From a virus (Duplodnaviria; Caudoviricetes), in the IMG/VR virus record IMGVR_UViG_3300027730_000005: a stretch of 64,000 bases of DNA. The stretch is one strand, 5' to 3'. The translations under genes and the position numbers were made by a program. A model generated the notes under the pieces. That model saw nothing but the letters and a program-made list of their open reading frames with translations, did not search any database and was not told where the DNA came from. Of the stretch, positions 46,324 through 55,907 are shown piece by piece (within the stretch, counting starts at the first letter, position 1; each line of letters begins with the position of its first letter).

Positions 46324-46932
46324 TTATCCTCTTGGTGTTGCGAAAGTAGCAGGCCGTGGCATGCGTTTGACGTCAGTCATTGGACTCTTGGTGTCCTGCT
46401 TGATGTCATTGGTGGTTTTTGCTGGAGGTGTTTTGCCGCCGGCTACTGTGAAATCAGAACGATATGCATTTTGCAATACCGAATGCTGATATGGATTACC
46501 AGAGTAATCTTTCTTCAATTCTTGCTGTTCAGCATCAGGTGCAGGATAATCGGTATCAGCAATCAAGTCCTTGTTTTGTGCTCGGATGTCTGTGATCTCT
46601 TTATCAATGCTATCTGAATATGATTGTGTTAACAATCGGATTCTGTTGGGGCTAAATCCCAACAGCTGAGCCAGTTGTTGCACTTGTGGTTCGATAGCTG
46701 GATAACGAAAACTTACATCTACAGATGTTACCATGTCATTTTCTGCTTCAGGAAAATCCTTTAACAGTTTTTGTACAGGGGTAGTTTTCTTGCTTGACAT
46801 TTTTACAATGTCAAACTGCTCAAGTTTTTGTTCGAGATCTTTGATAAAGGTAGGCGGCACATCACCCAGGATTTTGATCCTGTAGTCATATGTTCTTTCC
46901 GATTCAGCGAGATATTGGTGGAATTTTTTCAT
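46324..46932 (-). CDS. Hypothetical late protein
   Basis: MKKFHQYLAES N-terminus (CTS-like); TAAATA and AGGA upstream. Confidence 0.75.
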   Translation of the reverse strand: MKKFHQYLAESERTYDYRIKILGDVPPTFIKDLEQKLEQFDIVKMSSKKTTPVQKLLKDFPEAENDMVTSVDVSFRYPAIEPQVQQLAQLLGFSPNRIRLLTQSYSDSIDKEITDIRAQNKDLIADTDYPAPDAEQQELKKDYSGNPYQHSVLQNAYRSDFTVAGGKTPPAKTTNDIKQDTKSPMTDVKRMPRPATFATPRG

Positions 46933-46952
46933 ATCAGTGTCCTATGTGATAT

Positions 46953-47447
46953 TTAGCCTTTTTTGGCATTTGTCTTTCTATCGCCTAACAATCTATCCAA
47001 TAGTTCGTTACGATCTAGCACATGTCCATGGCCCGGCTGCGGTGCTGCTGCACCACCATCAGCTTGTTTCATATCTAGATTGGCTTTTTTTAACTGTAGA
47101 TCAATCATTTTTAACTTCTTGTTGAGTTTGGCTTGTTTGGCTGTGAGTGCATGTCCTAGCATAGCGCCTGCCACACTGAAGATTTCGGCAGCGAATCGTG
47201 AATCGACATTCATCCCTAAATCCATGAGATCCTTGTAGCTGCCTTTGGCCAAGTCAGCTAGTTCATCCATTTCGTTATCGGCGGCTGACAAGTCACGCAC
47301 ACCCGGCAAGGCGGCATCAATCTTGTCAATCACGTCGTCGATCTCTGCCATTGCTGTTTTGGTCTCTTCAGGAGTATACACCAATTCTTCTTCAGGGTCA
47401 TCAAAAGAAGGGGGCAAGTCGAATAAGGCCTCAAGTTTTTTAGTCAT
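46953..47447 (-). CDS. Probable terminase small subunit (gp16-like)
   Basis: Two long helices (..AAEIFSVAGAML..KLKMIDLQLKK) and C-terminal DRNELL; size and late context. Confidence 0.45.
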   Translation of the reverse strand: MTKKLEALFDLPPSFDDPEEELVYTPEETKTAMAEIDDVIDKIDAALPGVRDLSAADNEMDELADLAKGSYKDLMDLGMNVDSRFAAEIFSVAGAMLGHALTAKQAKLNKKLKMIDLQLKKANLDMKQADGGAAAPQPGHGHVLDRNELLDRLLGDRKTNAKKG

Positions 47448-47483
47448 ACCATATTTACCGGATCTGTAATCCTGGTAAACTCT

Positions 47484-47915
47484 TCATCCCTTGCCGTTGG
47501 CAAACATGTCAGATTCTGTAATTACGCGAAAGTGTATACCTGCTCGTTTGCACCAGGCTTGTGCTGCTGCCCATTTGGCATAGTTAACAGCAACCACAGC
47601 ACGATCTCGGCTGTTCATCTTGCTTTCAATTACACTTTGATTCTTGGGTTTGATTTCAATCATTTCTGCACGCTGCTGATTACCACGTGTTTGATATGTG
47701 ATAAAGAAATCAGGAACATACATGGAGTTCTTGCCAGTTATGGGATTCTTGTAAGGTATGGCTATACTTTCGCTAGCCCATTGCAACACAGCTTTGTTGT
47801 TGTCACAAAATTTCATAAACGAATGCTCCCATCCCGATCTGTACCTAGGTTGATTTTTACCCACATACTTTTCTGGGTTAGTGATCACATACAAGCCGTT
47901 GGCCCATCGACTCAT
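47484..47915 (-). CDS. gp4: Head completion nuclease (T4 gp4/TnsA-like)
   Basis: NPEKYVG...YRSGWE..F, WASE, YVPDF, IEIKP, KW.AA..WC, FRVITE. Confidence 0.88.
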   Translation of the reverse strand: MSRWANGLYVITNPEKYVGKNQPRYRSGWEHSFMKFCDNNKAVLQWASESIAIPYKNPITGKNSMYVPDFFITYQTRGNQQRAEMIEIKPKNQSVIESKMNSRDRAVVAVNYAKWAAAQAWCKRAGIHFRVITESDMFANGKG

Positions 47916-48274
47916 GCCAATACATTCCTTGCGGTATAATAGTTAGGAGTTACACCGGCACCAATTCCTAACAAAGTGCTGCCACTTCTCAAGTTATTGA
48001 GATAATAACATAGTGTTTGTGTGAGTTGAATTGAATCTTGACCTTGTATGTTTGCTAGTAGTGTCAGTACTGGTGTACGTGTTTGATCAGCTATTCTAAA
48101 CAAAGACACAGTAAAGTTACCAGCAGCAAGGTCGGTGGTAAACACAGATTTCATATAGCTGAATACCACATCATATTCTTCTGCACTTACATAAGTCTCG
48201 TAGGTATAGAACTGATCGTAGATCCTAACTGTGAGATCTACGTTGGTGTTGAGTGCATTGACTGTTCCGCCCAT
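47912..48274 (-). CDS. Hypothetical virion-cluster protein
   Basis: 120 aa, coupled on both sides. Confidence 0.75.
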   Translation of the reverse strand: MGGTVNALNTNVDLTVRIYDQFYTYETYVSAEEYDVVFSYMKSVFTTDLAAGNFTVSLFRIADQTRTPVLTLLANIQGQDSIQLTQTLCYYLNNLRSGSTLLGIGAGVTPNYYTARNVLA

Positions 48275-49419
48275 TATCTAGGTCCTGGTGGTCTTGGAAA
48301 AACAAATCCGCCTGGGCTGTTTTGAGCTTGTCTTACTGCGGCTGGAATACTGGTTTTCAGTACGCTGTTGAGTGCAGCGTTAGCTTCTTCGTTTACAATT
48401 GATCGTATAGGAGCGCCTTTGAAAGTGTTGTAGGCAGTTCCTGCTTTTTGCACAGCACCAATGATACCTGCAACACCGCCACTTTGTAAATCTTCTATAA
48501 TGCCAATGCCAGCATCCAATAAGCCGCCTTGCCCTAAAACAGTTTGTGTGCTACCTGGTCTTGCCAAACTGCTACGAACATTATCATAGTATGCAGGGTC
48601 AGCAAATCCAACCACATTAGTATCTGGTCTAACTCTGCCAATGGCGCCTGTGAAATATTTTACAGTTTCGTATTCAATGGTCATGGAGTTTTGCATGATA
48701 CCACCACCTTCACTGTAGTTATATGTGTCATGATCCCAGCTGCTGATTAAAGGATTGATCAATGTATAGCTAGCCCATTTATGTTGATTCATACCGTAAA
48801 TGGTTATGTCTCTAAAGAATGGTGGTTTGCCAGAAGTTTGGTCTCCGCCGGATCCTACTCCATTGCTGCCGGCGTTGCCTTGATCGTAGCTTTCACCAAC
48901 ATATCCCCAGTCGTTGACTACTCGATCATTGGCATAGATATCTCTAGCATTGTAGCTGAACCCTGGCAAGGTCTGTATAGAACCAATTGTGCCATTCTGT
49001 GCTGGTGGGCCATATGCTTGGTTAGGGTCTTTGTAGTAATAACTGTAATAGTTATACCACATGTTGCGTATTAAATCGCCGCCATCATCGTGAAACGTGG
49101 TTGTTACAGGCAGGTAGTTAATCTTTTTTTGGATAACTCGTTTGCGGTTGTATTGATTTAGTGTTTCAGTTTCTAACTTGAACTTGGGTAAACTTATGGT
49201 TTTGACCATGAGTCCAATGGTGGCTTTTTCTGTGCTGTTGTATATTGCCGCTAGGCTTGGTATCATTGACGTATTGATATTAAAGTAGCAATGAAACAGG
49301 AATTTGTTTCGTGGTGCATACTCGTATCCATTACTACGAAAGGTCTTTGAAGCGTGAGCATAATCTTTAAGACCTTGCCCACCAAAAAAGCCTTTGAGGA
49401 AATCTTCTCCCCAGGCCAT
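48274..49419 (-). CDS. Tail-tube-fold protein (gp54/gp48-like tube initiator)
   Basis: VKTISLPK, YNRKR, TTTFHDD, MTIEYE; directly downstream of tube gene. Confidence 0.65.
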   Translation of the reverse strand: MAWGEDFLKGFFGGQGLKDYAHASKTFRSNGYEYAPRNKFLFHCYFNINTSMIPSLAAIYNSTEKATIGLMVKTISLPKFKLETETLNQYNRKRVIQKKINYLPVTTTFHDDGGDLIRNMWYNYYSYYYKDPNQAYGPPAQNGTIGSIQTLPGFSYNARDIYANDRVVNDWGYVGESYDQGNAGSNGVGSGGDQTSGKPPFFRDITIYGMNQHKWASYTLINPLISSWDHDTYNYSEGGGIMQNSMTIEYETVKYFTGAIGRVRPDTNVVGFADPAYYDNVRSSLARPGSTQTVLGQGGLLDAGIGIIEDLQSGGVAGIIGAVQKAGTAYNTFKGAPIRSIVNEEANAALNSVLKTSIPAAVRQAQNSPGGFVFPRPPGPR

Positions 49420-49425
49420 ATATTA

Positions 49426-50043
49426 TTATCCTGTAACTACGTCGTTGACAGTTCTAGCAATAGTGCTACCTACACCAGTTCCGTTAGGCACTTGGTTGGC
49501 ATTGTCGTACACAATAGTCATGGCAATTTGCATGGGCTTGCTGTCAGAATAAGTAGTAGTTCCGTAATCCGCACTTGAAAGATAGCAACCATATAGTTCC
49601 CATGTTTCTAATACAATTGGTGTAGCAGCACCGTTGCCGCCGTCTAGAACTTCGTAACGAGTGGTAAACTTGTAGTCAATACCACTTGCAGCACTGGCCA
49701 TTTCCAAGAAGTCCATCTGTTTCTGTAATTGTTCGCCAACCAAGCGGCTCACAGCACCTGACGCATCGTCACGTAGGTTACATGTGACATCGCCCCATTT
49801 GTATTTGCCAGCCAGCTTTAGATCACTGTTATAAATTGGAATAACAATAGGGTCAAAAGTCAAAGTAGGACGCTTGAAGTCCATGACTTGTTTAGTAAGT
49901 TCTGTTCGGGGTGTGCTTATTCCAAAGTTTTCAAATATCACTCGGAAGCGATAGCTGAGTTTGGGCATGAGCAAGCCTTGGTTGCTCGCGCTTTGATCGC
50001 TTGCCAAGGGCACTGTCATTCTGGTTAATGATGAAACGGCCAT
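49426..50043 (-). CDS. gp19: Tail tube protein (gp19-like)
   Basis: KLAGKYKWGDVTCNLRDD, ETWELYGCY, IAMTIVYDNA; follows sheath gene. Confidence 0.85.
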   Translation of the reverse strand: MAVSSLTRMTVPLASDQSASNQGLLMPKLSYRFRVIFENFGISTPRTELTKQVMDFKRPTLTFDPIVIPIYNSDLKLAGKYKWGDVTCNLRDDASGAVSRLVGEQLQKQMDFLEMASAASGIDYKFTTRYEVLDGGNGAATPIVLETWELYGCYLSSADYGTTTYSDSKPMQIAMTIVYDNANQVPNGTGVGSTIARTVNDVVTG

Positions 50044-50082
50044 ATTTGTAATCTCCTATGCAGTTATTTACCTCTGTTGAGG

Positions 50083-50115
50083 CCAAAAGAAATGGGGTGT
50101 GCCACCCCATTTCTT
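50083..50115 (-). terminator. Terminator between sheath and tube genes
   Basis: 13-bp stem AAGAAATGGGGTG/CACCCCATTTCTT plus TT; tube has its own TAAATA at 50065-50070. Confidence 0.8.
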
Positions 50116-50130
50116 AGTCTAGCGGTATCG

Positions 50131-53100
50131 TTAGATAGAAGCTTGTGTTGCACTCTGTGAGTCAGCAATTGCACCAGTTGCCTTGATACGCAATGGAATA
50201 TAGATAAATTCCACAGCCTTCACAGGTTCAATAGCAATATCCACCCACAACTCGTTGGCATCAATTCTAGCAGGTGTGTTGTTTGAATCATCACAGATTA
50301 CCAAGAAATCATAGATACCACGCTTGGCCACAAGATCAATACACAATCCATTTATGGCATTGGCAATTTCATTACGAGTGATTTGATCATTGGGTTCAAA
50401 CAAGAATTGTTTGCCAATTTCATCTAACCGACCACGCATGAACGCAATCAGTCGTGCCACGTTAATACGATCCAATGCACTGGTAACACCGTAGATGGTC
50501 TTGTTACCAAAGTTGGTAATGCCCACACCAGGTACGAATGTGATTGGGTTGATTTTGTTGAAATACTCAACGTCACGTAGACCTTGATTATTACCAATTG
50601 TAACAAACTCACCTGTGATAGAATTAATATATCCAATTCTAACAGCATTGTCAATCACACCACGACGTGTTCCAGCTGGCGCCAACCATGGATAGCTAAC
50701 CGAATCACTGCGGATAATGGTACGTACCATCATGTGGCTAGCAGCAGTAACCACAGCACTTCCACCAAGGTCGGTAGTCTGGCAACTTGGATAGAACACT
50801 GCGGCATATGGAGTACTGGTGGTCAGCCCATCTTCTGCAAATATTCCATTACCACTGTTGTTTGTGGCCCAGGCGGCAATATCTGTAGCATTTGATCCCA
50901 GTCTCATTGGTGTATCACCCACTACAAATAAAGTGTTATTGCGTTCATTGCTGAGTGCTACCATGTTAGGAATCAATTCAGGATATGCAGTACAAGCTGC
51001 CAAATTGAATTGTGCTTGTTCTTCACGTGCTGTAACACTGGTATCAATGCCCGATTTCAGTGCAGCCACAATCAATGCACGTTGAGCAAAACGTCCCATG
51101 TACGGAGACCCATCAGCTCTGTTACTAGATGCAGTTACCCATGAATTGGTTTCCAACACATCCCAGAATGAAGTTTGTGTCTCTGGATTTTGATTAGTAC
51201 CGGCTTGAATGGCCACATACAATACTGCATTATACAATACTTGATCGCCTACTGCATAGGTTGTAGAACTAGACCATGTTGGGTAGCTGAAACTGCTGGC
51301 ATTGAAATAGTCAACTTGAAAACTTTTGACATTATAACCTGATCGGCGTGTGTTCCACAACAACATCCCGTCGGGGAACAGTGTAGGATCTGGTGCATCT
51401 ACATCTAGATAGTTGCTGGTCAACAAGCTGGTGATTGAAGGCAAATTGTCAGAAATAGGATTTGCTGTTCCTGTTGTGCTCCAACGAGCGTCTTCAAACA
51501 AAATACCATTTGAGGTTTGTTGATCAGTATTGTCCAGTGTTACCCATTGATTTACACCATCAACTGCTTGCCAACGATTCAACAATGGATATAGTTCAAG
51601 ATTGCTAGTATCTACCCATAAGTCACCGTATACCAACACAGTACCATCTGTTTGAGTAGTAGGTGCAGTGGCCGAAATAATAGGACCAGTTGGATTGGTA
51701 TTGCTTAGATTGTAACCACGTGTGTCGTTGGTATCATTCTGATATCCTACCCATTCAGACCCATTGTTGATCATGATGTCAACTTGACTAGGGCTACTGT
51801 AATACCAGTAGGTTCCGTCAGCAGGATCTTGATCTGGAGCCACAGCACTGGCTGTGTAGCTTAATGGAACCCAGCCACTGAGTTGTAAGTAAGCAGTTTG
51901 ATCGTCATTGACAATATTACGGCAACCTGTGGTGCTGGTTGTGAATCCAGCAGCCGCCAATGGAGTTCCTGTAACGTTTTGCAACAGAATAACACCACCC
52001 TGAGTTTGTGTCAGAACAATTGCACCAGCTGAAGTAACCGACGCTACAACATTTGAAAAACCTGCTGAACTCACAGCAGTATTAAATGCTGCTGCATCAG
52101 TACCCGTGATAGTCACTGTCACGGTGGAAGTCAAATTGGTAGAGTTTGGAATGCTTGTGGTGATAGTAAATTGATTACCGTTCACAAATGTAGGAACCGC
52201 CACACTACCTGTAACAATTGTAGCACCTTGACTGGCTCGCTCAAACACCTGTAATGTGTAGGTGTTGTTGTATGGGTACGCACCAACGGTACTAACAGCA
52301 GGATTCACGTTGTATTGTGTATAGGTACTGCCAACTGCAATATTTTTGCCACCGCCAGTGGCATCCAATGCAGCATTAGCACTCCAGTCATTTTCGTAAA
52401 CTGGAGCAGCTTGTTGTACCCAACTGCCTAATGCTGTACTGTATTTTTGCACTACCATTAATGTGCCTAGATTTTGCGCAGTGATCTTGTTCCACACACT
52501 ACCTGTAGGACGTGGTGTTGTATCTGTAGACAACCAACGAGGAAATGTGTAATTAGGACTTTGTTGCAGTGCTGGAGCATAGTATGTGACATCTGCTGTG
52601 ATACCCAGGGTAGTCAACAATCCAGGAGTTGACCCAGTTGAAGTGATTACAATTGCACCATCATCAGCTGTGGATCCGTCGGCTGTGGCTGTGCTGTTGG
52701 CAAACAAGCAAAGTTTATTGCTGATAACTGCTGAATACACTCCAGTGATCGCAGCACTATTAATGGCTGCACTGAGTCCTTGTATAGTGTTGTTTGTTGA
52801 AACAGGCACTGCTACAGTTGTACCGTTGATCACAATGGTATTCCCAGCTGTGAGTGTAGCAGTCACAGCGTTGGCACCTTGAATTGTGGGATAGCTTAAT
52901 TTCCATTCGTCGCTGCCCACTAGAACCCAATTGTTATACAAGTTAGTCAACGTGGTAGAGTTACCAGTGGCAACTGTGGCCACTGCACCATTTTTATAGT
53001 ACAATGGATTTTGAACATTAGTAGCAACAATAGCATAACCGTTGATGGTACCATAATCTTGCAACGGCACACCATTTAGCAATTCAGTTGTACTGGTAAT

Positions 53101-53589
53101 AACTGAAGGAATCTGGTTGGAGAATGCTCCTGTGGTTTGATTCCATTCAAAAATACCCCATTGACTGGTTGCTGTATTCAGCCAGTAAGTGCCATTGTTG
53201 GGTTCGCCTGTGGGACGCACCAATGTGGCTGTAAGCTGAGTAAGATCAATATTCACACGTTGAACAAACGCACGATTGGTAACACCCAATGCACTGTACG
53301 CTGCCAACAATCCATATTCATTTAGTTCATATCCATTGATAGGAGTACCAATGGTAGTTTTGTAGAAAAACGGATTACCAAATGTAGCTGCAAGATCTCT
53401 CTGGCTGGTGATTTGATAAACACGGTTGGCATTGATTTCAAGTGTGCCTGCTGCTACACCAACACCACTGCCAGACGCCTTGTTCTGTGCTGTGGCGATA
53501 AGAAAATACGGTACTGAGTTGGTAGCAGCTGGAAGATATTGACTCTCATCAATTACCGATACTTCTACGCCTGGGGAGTCTAGAGCCAT
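50131..53589 (-). CDS. gp18: Contractile tail sheath protein, expanded (1152 aa)
   Basis: SPGVEVSVIDES, WLAPAGTRRG, INPITF, FGNKT, DRINVARL, FLFEPND, IEPVKAVEFIYI. Confidence 0.95.
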   Translation of the reverse strand: MALDSPGVEVSVIDESQYLPAATNSVPYFLIATAQNKASGSGVGVAAGTLEINANRVYQITSQRDLAATFGNPFFYKTTIGTPINGYELNEYGLLAAYSALGVTNRAFVQRVNIDLTQLTATLVRPTGEPNNGTYWLNTATSQWGIFEWNQTTGAFSNQIPSVITSTTELLNGVPLQDYGTINGYAIVATNVQNPLYYKNGAVATVATGNSTTLTNLYNNWVLVGSDEWKLSYPTIQGANAVTATLTAGNTIVINGTTVAVPVSTNNTIQGLSAAINSAAITGVYSAVISNKLCLFANSTATADGSTADDGAIVITSTGSTPGLLTTLGITADVTYYAPALQQSPNYTFPRWLSTDTTPRPTGSVWNKITAQNLGTLMVVQKYSTALGSWVQQAAPVYENDWSANAALDATGGGKNIAVGSTYTQYNVNPAVSTVGAYPYNNTYTLQVFERASQGATIVTGSVAVPTFVNGNQFTITTSIPNSTNLTSTVTVTITGTDAAAFNTAVSSAGFSNVVASVTSAGAIVLTQTQGGVILLQNVTGTPLAAAGFTTSTTGCRNIVNDDQTAYLQLSGWVPLSYTASAVAPDQDPADGTYWYYSSPSQVDIMINNGSEWVGYQNDTNDTRGYNLSNTNPTGPIISATAPTTQTDGTVLVYGDLWVDTSNLELYPLLNRWQAVDGVNQWVTLDNTDQQTSNGILFEDARWSTTGTANPISDNLPSITSLLTSNYLDVDAPDPTLFPDGMLLWNTRRSGYNVKSFQVDYFNASSFSYPTWSSSTTYAVGDQVLYNAVLYVAIQAGTNQNPETQTSFWDVLETNSWVTASSNRADGSPYMGRFAQRALIVAALKSGIDTSVTAREEQAQFNLAACTAYPELIPNMVALSNERNNTLFVVGDTPMRLGSNATDIAAWATNNSGNGIFAEDGLTTSTPYAAVFYPSCQTTDLGGSAVVTAASHMMVRTIIRSDSVSYPWLAPAGTRRGVIDNAVRIGYINSITGEFVTIGNNQGLRDVEYFNKINPITFVPGVGITNFGNKTIYGVTSALDRINVARLIAFMRGRLDEIGKQFLFEPNDQITRNEIANAINGLCIDLVAKRGIYDFLVICDDSNNTPARIDANELWVDIAIEPVKAVEFIYIPLRIKATGAIADSQSATQASI

Positions 53590-53686
53590 GTTATGGTTTC
53601 CTTTTCAAGTTACAGATATTTATCGGATGCCACCAAAAGTCACGGTGTTGCGGCTACCTTTGCAAAGGTTTACGGCTAAATATCAC

Positions 53687-54031
53687 ATGAGACCCATGTG
53701 CAATGTATGTAATCAACGAATGGTAGCAGTAAACTATCGAAAAGATGATGTTGTTCATTATCGATCAAGATGTGATCGATGTATCAAACAAAAAAAGAAA
53801 ATTCGTCCATCAGAAGCATTGTGGAAAAAAGCAGGATACAAGAAAAAACCCACATGCGATCGCTGTGGGTTTAGACCTAGACTAACCAGTCAAACTCTAG
53901 TGTATCACATGGATGGTAACATGCGAAACGTTGCGCTGACCAATCTTAGAACAGTGTGTTTGAACTGTGTAGAAGAAGTCAAGCGGCTTGACGTTCCGTG
54001 GGTTCCAAATCCGTTACAAGCAGATCATTGA
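53687..54031 (+). CDS. Zn-finger HNH-like protein
   Basis: CNVC, CDRC x2, YHMDGNMRN..LTNLRTVCLNC; likely start ATG 53687, 4 nt after TAAATA. Confidence 0.7.
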   Translation: MRPMCNVCNQRMVAVNYRKDDVVHYRSRCDRCIKQKKKIRPSEALWKKAGYKKKPTCDRCGFRPRLTSQTLVYHMDGNMRNVALTNLRTVCLNCVEEVKRLDVPWVPNPLQADH

Positions 54032-54656
54032 GCTGACGGTAAAGACTGTCAATACTACCGTTGTTTTCTACAATGTAATCAAATTGAGTACCGGCCCAGG
54101 AGTATTCACTGGCATGAATTCCTTGTTGTTCTAACCAACGTTGTGCTGCTGAATCACCACGATTGGCCTGTGTTGCAATACTGTACCAATGTGGCGTAAT
54201 TCCACGCTGAATCCAAATCACTTGACCACCTTGATTCTTGATTGATGCTACTTCATTGTAAAATCTGCAATCTGAAATCACTGTGTTATTACGGCTACGT
54301 CGAAGTTTGTTTTCCAAACTGGCAATCCAAATATCATTATGAAATGCATTTCTACATACTTCTGTGCCCCAGTTTTGTAGCACCCACCTTGGAGTGAGAG
54401 TGGGCATCTCCAGTCTTTCAGCCCACCAAGGATCTACTTGTTCTCGCCACTCACGAGCTTCTTTGGTGCGCCCTTCTAGCAGTTCACGATCCCACCCGAA
54501 CACAGCAGACACAGCATCTTTGAGTGTGTTAGCAAACGAGTCTCGTCTAAACTCATGAAAATTCACAAGATAGTCAGCAGCAGTGTCTTTGCCTGCACCT
54601 ATAAAGCCAACTAGTGCGATTAACCTTTTGTTATTTTCTATATTTACATCTATCAC
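53979..54656 (-). CDS. Deoxynucleoside monophosphate kinase (T4 gp1 type)
   Basis: GFIGAGKDT, SFANTLK, TPRWVLQNWGTEVCR, ISDCRFYNE. Confidence 0.9.
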   Translation of the reverse strand: MIDVNIENNKRLIALVGFIGAGKDTAADYLVNFHEFRRDSFANTLKDAVSAVFGWDRELLEGRTKEAREWREQVDPWWAERLEMPTLTPRWVLQNWGTEVCRNAFHNDIWIASLENKLRRSRNNTVISDCRFYNEVASIKNQGGQVIWIQRGITPHWYSIATQANRGDSAAQRWLEQQGIHASEYSWAGTQFDYIVENNGSIDSLYRQLNDLLVTDLEPTERQAA

Positions 54657-55368
54657 CGTGCCACCTCTTATAATTCATTGGATCAACTAGTTTACTACAA
54701 TAAGGACATTGTTGTCTAGTAGAATTGAGTTTTTCTTCACGCTTTTTTTGGCGTTGTTCTAGTGAATGTTGTTTACCAAAAAAACCATTTTTCTCTCCCG
54801 TTGGCCCTGGGCGACCCTTGTTGGCCATACTTAACTTTTTTCTAGTTTCATCAGTAACCGGAGGTTTATTTTTTCCGGCTATAGATTTTATAAGTTTAGT
54901 TTCAGGAGAGTCTTTTTTTCCTAGTCTAGACTGTCTTATTTTTTCTTTTGTTTCTTCAGAATGTGCCCTGCCCAAAAATGTACCATCTCCATCTTTGAAT
55001 CTTTCTTTTTGTGATTGACTAAGTTTCAACCTGGTTTCGTCTGGCATAGGTGGCAACGATGTTTTTAAAATTTCGTAAATCCTACTTGTGGTTTTGTATC
55101 GCTGTTGACCAGGGCCAATGCGATTAGCCATCATTATCGATGCTTTGACCATCTTATATCTTAAAGTACCGGCAAGCATTTTTGTTAGCAACAAGTGGCA
55201 TATAAAATGCTCTTTTGCGGTCAAGATAACAAGATTGGAAATGTCATTACTTCCGCCCATACACTTTGGTACAATGTGGTGCTTTTCTGTATATCCATCT
55301 AATTTACGGGATGAAGCTTTTGCAATTATATTATTATAACATTTTGTATATTTGTTATCAATGAACAT
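54631..55368 (-). CDS. HNH homing endonuclease with NUMOD3 repeats
   Basis: YTEKHHIVPKCMGGSN..NLVILTAKEHFICH; HSEETKEKIR, ETRKKLS; C-terminal CPYC. Confidence 0.88.
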   Translation of the reverse strand: MFIDNKYTKCYNNIIAKASSRKLDGYTEKHHIVPKCMGGSNDISNLVILTAKEHFICHLLLTKMLAGTLRYKMVKASIMMANRIGPGQQRYKTTSRIYEILKTSLPPMPDETRLKLSQSQKERFKDGDGTFLGRAHSEETKEKIRQSRLGKKDSPETKLIKSIAGKNKPPVTDETRKKLSMANKGRPGPTGEKNGFFGKQHSLEQRQKKREEKLNSTRQQCPYCSKLVDPMNYKRWHGDRCKYRK

Positions 55369-55412
55369 ACTTTATTTAGTCTAATATGTCCAGGATAAGA
55401 TATTACTTTAAA

Positions 55413-55907
55413 TTAGTTATCCCTAACAATCTCCTGCAACCATGTGTGGCACTCGGGCCACTGTCTGTAAATATGTGCCTGTCCTCCAGCTCTGATCCAC
55501 TCTTCACAGTTGCTAGTTCGGTCGTCAATCAAGATATCCCCAGGCTCACAGTGTCGCCATTTGTCATGACTGAATGGGCCAAACAGTACAGGAATACCCG
55601 GGAAGCGTTCAAACGCCCACAAAACTTTGTCATAGCTGGCAAATGGCACACTATAGTCATGCGGCAATGCTGTTAAGAAATTCAAGTCTTTGATTTTCCC
55701 TTTACTCAATAAGTCTTGGCAGTATGTTACCAACTCATGTGCACCGGGCTTGATTGGCAAATCACGATAGAAACGATGTTTGGCTTTGACTTTGCTCCAG
55801 TCACTATCCGGAATACGTTCACCATATGCCCAGTTGCGTTTGACAATTGTTCTGGCAGAAGGCATCCAGTCGGCAACTACGTCGTCCATGTCTAGGTAAA
55901 TTTTCAT
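55413..55907 (-). CDS. 5'(3')-deoxyribonucleotidase (HAD)
   Basis: IYLDMDDV, FLTA, K.W, ILIDDR..N. Confidence 0.85.
   Translation of the reverse strand: MKIYLDMDDVVADWMPSARTIVKRNWAYGERIPDSDWSKVKAKHRFYRDLPIKPGAHELVTYCQDLLSKGKIKDLNFLTALPHDYSVPFASYDKVLWAFERFPGIPVLFGPFSHDKWRHCEPGDILIDDRTSNCEEWIRAGGQAHIYRQWPECHTWLQEIVRDN

Noticed and set aside
43810-49419. Major capsid, portal or prohead protease genes
   Set aside because: No ORF shows their motifs or sizes; presumably outside the window, so the protease specificity used above is inferred only.
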